From NCBI GenBank assembly GCA_049606355.1, contig JBMYVL010000002.1, forward strand, positions 229,310 through 261,309: a DNA stretch of 32,000 nt. The letters are read 5' to 3'. The translations under genes and the position numbers were made by a program. Numbering within the stretch: position 1 is the first letter of the stretch; each line of letters starts with the position of its first letter. Of the stretch, positions 29,013 through 32,000 are shown in pieces. Source of the DNA: Opitutales bacterium (GTDB lineage: Bacteria > Verrucomicrobiota > Verrucomicrobiia > Opitutales > Coraliomargaritaceae). The notes beneath the pieces were generated by a model. It saw only the letters and a list, made by a program, of their open reading frames with translations. It made no database searches and was not told the DNA's origin.

Positions 29013-31408
29013 TTCTTGACTCCTTCTACGATGGTACCTGCCTGTTGTGAGACCGTAGACTTCCCCAATCGAAAAAGCCCAAAGACCCGGTGCGTTGCTT
29101 TCTTCAGATAGCGTTGCGCATCGTTATCCTCAAAAGGATCATAGCCTGCGTACTTCTCCATCGTCGGAAACAGCGTGCAGGGAAGCAGGCGTTCGGCAGC
29201 GCCTTCCATCCGCAAGCGGGCAAAGCCATTCTTATGCGGATAGGTATGGTTCCGCGTCCGCTCTACACCAACCAGACTACAGGCGCTATTCGCCCCCTCC
29301 ACCCGAAGAATGGAGGCCTTGGTGTCCGGCTCCAGGTAGCGCGATGCTTTTTGATTGAAAAAGGCCGAAAGCAGTTCGGTTTGGCCGCCCCCACGCGTCT
29401 GCATGAACGTTCCTCCGTGCTCCCCCAGCTTTTGTCCGATGGTAAACACCTGACCGCCGTCGTTCACCATGCGGGGCACTCGGGAAGCGGAAAGGAAACG
29501 GTGGGTCTCGCCGTTCAGGCCGGGCAGCTTAAACTCCTGATCCAGGATGGGCATCTCGACATTTAAATTCCGGCCCCAGATCGATTGTTTTTTAAAGACC
29601 ATCAACTCCTGCGGGAAGGCCTTGAAGTAGGCAAATTCGCAGTTATCAAAGAAGACCTCCTGCCCCTCTGCAGCAGCACCGTTCCGGTAGGCCCGGGGTC
29701 CGGCCTTGGCGCGGATATCAACCAAGGTCACTGTACAGGCGGCGTCATTCTGGATCACCTGAAAATCCTCGGCCCGCCAGTTGCTCGACTCCGGACTCCT
29801 CGTCAGTAGCTGCAGACCATGGATAAAGAGCTGCTCGTGCCGGCCGCTATGCAGGTGCAAGCCGACATAGTTGTTTAGCTGCATATAGGGTGGCGAGCGG
29901 GTGATGGAACCGGCCAATAGAACATTACTCATATGACCGTAAATCAGCTCGACATTCCCCAGGGTGCCCGAACGGTTCACATGCAGCGTGTCCTTCACAA
30001 CAAAGTCAGTTCCATTCAGAAGCCCGATATAACGCGCTCCGGAATCCAAGGCAGCCTGTAGCAGTTGCGTATCATCCGCACCTGACGGTTTTACGATAAC
30101 CCAATCAGTCGATACAGAAAGATGACCACCCTTGATATCCTTTTGTGAGACGGTCGTGTAATCCTCTGCCTTCAATCGCTCCCACGCCCGGGCAGGAATC
30201 TCCGGGGTCGATTTGAGCGGCAGGTGCAGCGAGCGGGCAGGTGCCCCGTCTATCGCAACAACGACATTGGATTTTTCCTCCTTGGTGTGGCCGTGCACCA
30301 ACACCAGTTCGCCGCTGGTTGCCGGGCGCAGCCGACCATGGTCGTCGATCGGCTTATCACCATATCCTTTAAAGTCGGCGCCTCGCATGTACAAGTGCCC
30401 CTGTTCGATTCGGATGGCCATTGCAGCAGACTTCACGCCGGCGGCATGATGGAACTGCGGATTCAGCAGCGTCAGATGCGCCATGCCTCCGGTGCTGCTT
30501 TGTTCACTTTTTGTATTGCGCAGGAGCACGCTGGTCACAGCCGCGTACCGCTGACGCACCACCAGGTTTTCGATCGCAATCACCTTGTCCGAAACCGCCA
30601 GCCCGACACCGTCGGCGTTCTGATTCACCAGCTCAATGCGCTTCAGGTAGAAATTCTTGCCGCTTGGATCGTTAATCTCGATTCCCGTGTTGAACCCGTC
30701 GACACGGACGTCTGCGATCATGCCCGGCCCGTTGTTGTTTTGCACCAAAGCCAAGCCCGTGTGCCCCCCATTGCCTTCGGCCTGGATATGCACCCGCTTG
30801 ACAGCCCCCATGTTGGCCACGCCGTAGGAGAGTCCGACGGCATGCGGCTGGTCATCCGGCACCACGATCGACAGGTCGGTCACCCAGAGTTGAAACTTAC
30901 TATTACCGCTTTGCTTCCGATCATAGGAATAGCGCGAGGTCTGCAGGACCGGTTTGGGTGCCTCTGCGGAACCGAAGGTTCCGATCTCCTCGGCGGATCG
31001 CAGGCGCAGAATCGTTTTGCCGACGCCGTCCCCCCAGATCCACTGAAAGCCCTCGGATCCCGGAATTTCAAATCTGCCTTTATGAGCCGGGTTTCCGTTA
31101 TTCATGACACAGGCCAAAGTATCACTGATGTCATAGGTGCCTTCTGGCAGATAAATCACCTGCTGTTTGTAGTAGCGACCCTTCTTCGACTGCTCCAGAG
31201 CAGCTGCCGCCGCAATCGCCGCCTGAATGGCCTTCGTGTCATCCTTGCCATCATCCGGAACCGCACCGAAACGCGCATCGGTCACATCAAACACCAGCGC
31301 ACCCGGCAACAGGGAATGGGCATCCCAATTCAATGACGATGCCGCCGACAGCCAAGCCGCTGTACCCCAGCAATTGATTAATAGAATTAAACGAACTAGT
31401 TTCTTCAT
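29009..31408 (-). CDS. Exported two-lobed right-handed beta-helix protein (pectate-lyase superfamily), CAZy family not assignable by eye
   Basis: The track ORF starts at a GTG (31435). The ATG at 31408 gives MKKLVRLILLINCWGTAAWLSAAS, a clean signal peptide, with GAGGGG 9 nt upstream, for 799 aa. The Pectate_lyase_3-like N-cap is FDVTDARFGAVPDDGKDDTKAIQAAIAAA. A weaker second cap, DWVIVKPSGADDTQLLQAALDSGARYIG, sits mid-protein. The existence of the CDS is secure, but its function is not. Confidence 0.6.
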   Translation of the reverse strand: MKKLVRLILLINCWGTAAWLSAASSLNWDAHSLLPGALVFDVTDARFGAVPDDGKDDTKAIQAAIAAAAALEQSKKGRYYKQQVIYLPEGTYDISDTLACVMNNGNPAHKGRFEIPGSEGFQWIWGDGVGKTILRLRSAEEIGTFGSAEAPKPVLQTSRYSYDRKQSGNSKFQLWVTDLSIVVPDDQPHAVGLSYGVANMGAVKRVHIQAEGNGGHTGLALVQNNNGPGMIADVRVDGFNTGIEINDPSGKNFYLKRIELVNQNADGVGLAVSDKVIAIENLVVRQRYAAVTSVLLRNTKSEQSSTGGMAHLTLLNPQFHHAAGVKSAAMAIRIEQGHLYMRGADFKGYGDKPIDDHGRLRPATSGELVLVHGHTKEEKSNVVVAIDGAPARSLHLPLKSTPEIPARAWERLKAEDYTTVSQKDIKGGHLSVSTDWVIVKPSGADDTQLLQAALDSGARYIGLLNGTDFVVKDTLHVNRSGTLGNVELIYGHMSNVLLAGSITRSPPYMQLNNYVGLHLHSGRHEQLFIHGLQLLTRSPESSNWRAEDFQVIQNDAACTVTLVDIRAKAGPRAYRNGAAAEGQEVFFDNCEFAYFKAFPQELMVFKKQSIWGRNLNVEMPILDQEFKLPGLNGETHRFLSASRVPRMVNDGGQVFTIGQKLGEHGGTFMQTRGGGQTELLSAFFNQKASRYLEPDTKASILRVEGANSACSLVGVERTRNHTYPHKNGFARLRMEGAAERLLPCTLFPTMEKYAGYDPFEDNDAQRYLKKATHRVFGLFRLGKSTVSQQAGTIVEGVKK

Positions 31409-31778
31409 AAAATTAAGCCCCTCAGCTAGATTCACTGAATCGAATGTACTGCCCTTTCCGAACCATCCCCAGCCGTAGCATCGGCGGATGCCTTAGCGGT
31501 TGAAACTGGCGTTCGTTTCCGCACCGATGGACGGAGCGCAGCACTTGCAAAAAAGCGTACACAAGTTGTACATCCGGCAGACAAAACAATCATGGGGCGC
31601 AGTGACATAAAAATAGGTAAAATTGGACGGGATAGAGAGAGTTTACGGCATGGCAGCCAAACACAGAGCCCCATCAATAATACCGAAGCATGCTCCAAAA
31701 AAACAGACAACCAACGACGCACATGCATCAAAATTGCGCAGCACATGCGACACTAGCGCACACAAATGCCGAGTTTGA

Positions 31779-31815
31779 ACCGTTCATTAAGGTAAAACCA
31801 ACCTTAATGAACGGT
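31779..31815 (-). terminator. Perfect 15-bp stem / 7-nt loop hairpin after the right-edge gene fragment (candidate terminator lacking a U-tract)
   Basis: 31779 accgttcattaaggt 31793 pairs perfectly with 31801 accttaatgaacggt 31815, with loop aaaacca. It lies 48 nt downstream (minus strand) of the stop at 31864-31866. No T-run follows on either strand. Confidence 0.4.
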
Positions 31816-31863
31816 ACGAGGTAGAGAACCCAAAAGGATACAGCAGCGTTTAGGACACAAGTA

Positions 31864-32000
31864 CTACTTTGCTGGCGCCAAGGTAACGCGCCGAATATAA
31901 TAGCTAATTGTTACGGGTTGATTGGCCGTGACCTGCATATTCGTCCGAACCCCTTGCCCGTAACGCGTCAAAACGAATGTGCTGCCGGACTGAGCGTGCT
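31864..32000 (-). CDS. C-terminal fragment of an unidentified protein (gene starts beyond the window end)
   Basis: This is the only minus-strand frame open to the window edge: ...HAQSGSTFVLTRYGQGVRTNMQVTANQPVTISYYIRRVTLAPAK-stop (TAG at 31866..31864). The beta-strand-like composition and the hairpin downstream support it. Forty-five open codons alone are weak evidence. One plus-strand frame is also open over this stretch, but it has no in-frame ATG and its only in-frame GTG is at the extreme window edge. Confidence 0.3.
   Translation of the reverse strand, partial: HAQSGSTFVLTRYGQGVRTNMQVTANQPVTISYYIRRVTLAPAK

Noticed and set aside
30224-31336. 370-aa plus-strand ORF, the longest unassigned ORF in the track
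   Set aside because: It lies entirely antisense to the well-supported beta-helix gene. Its composition is Arg/His/Gln-rich and resembles no protein family I recognise, with no start context or partner genes on that strand. It is a typical shadow ORF of a mid/high-GC coding region.
31432-31746. 104-aa minus-strand ORF in the leader/promoter region of the long operon (possible upstream peptide)
   Set aside because: It overlaps the doubtful GTG start and is Cys/Arg/Leu-rich, with no ribosome-binding context or recognisable fold. This region is more plausibly non-coding promoter or 5' UTR.
31719-31748. GCACATGC direct repeat (31719-31726 and 31741-31748, 22-bp spacing) upstream of the long operon, as a possible AraC-type operator
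   Set aside because: Roughly one repeated 8-mer pair is expected by chance in a spacer of about 430 nt. I could not find a convincing -35/-10 adjacent to the proximal copy on the minus strand. It is worth including in a motif search but is not supportable alone.
1-32000. Search by eye for CRISPR arrays, tRNA/rRNA genes, riboswitch-like leaders, transposases or integrases, toxin-antitoxin pairs, restriction-modification genes or other defence genes
   Set aside because: I saw no regularly spaced 25-40-bp repeats and no tRNA-like T-arm or acceptor patterns in the intergenic regions (4973-5285, 7619-7814, 14695-14900, 16050-16331, 31409-31863). Every ORF above about 110 aa on its supported strand is assigned to a metabolic, transport or regulatory family. 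Covariance-model scans (Infernal/Rfam, tRNAscan-SE) would be the decisive check.

Overview
This 32-kb window is an almost gap-free carbohydrate-utilisation region with 20 complete CDS and two edge fragments. By eye I found no rRNA or tRNA genes, CRISPR arrays, transposases or integrases, or recognisable defence genes.

Gene content:
- six Cys-type (formylglycine) sulfatases
- two GH10-type proteins: one canonical fragment at the window start and one divergent lipoprotein
- a GH5, a GH28 and a GH94 phosphorylase
- a SASA/SGNH-type O-acetylesterase
- an exported ~800-aa beta-helix protein of unassigned family
- a GPH-family MFS symporter
- two XylR-type regulators (sugar-binding domain plus AraC HTH)
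- two small DoxX-like membrane proteins
- the galacturonate branch of the Ashwell pathway, uxaC-uxaB-uxaA

Layout:
- a minus-strand operon from 4972 to 1, with junctions of 6, 1 and 10 nt
- a DoxX-like pair and the esterase at 5286-7618
- a regulator at 7815-8921, divergent from uxaCBA at 9043-14694
- a second regulator at 14901-16049
- a convergent 15-kb, nine-gene minus-strand operon from 31408 to 16332, with junctions of 0-111 nt, including one ATGA overlap and one TAAATG abutment

The sulfatase density, the XylR-type hybrid regulators, an MFS transporter instead of SusCD, and mid-range GC suggest a marine PVC-group bacterium (Verrucomicrobiota-like). That is inference only.

The most unusual item is uxaA. 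At 905 aa it is about twice the normal length, and it reads as a tandem duplication of the dehydratase core with reciprocal loss of family motifs. The next most interesting items are the unassigned exported beta-helix protein that leads the long operon, and the mixing of cytoplasmic enzymes (GH94, signal-less GH28) with exported sulfatases in one tightly coupled operon. Beyond these I see no evidence for an entirely new kind of system. Functional calls rest on motif recognition by eye, not on searches.
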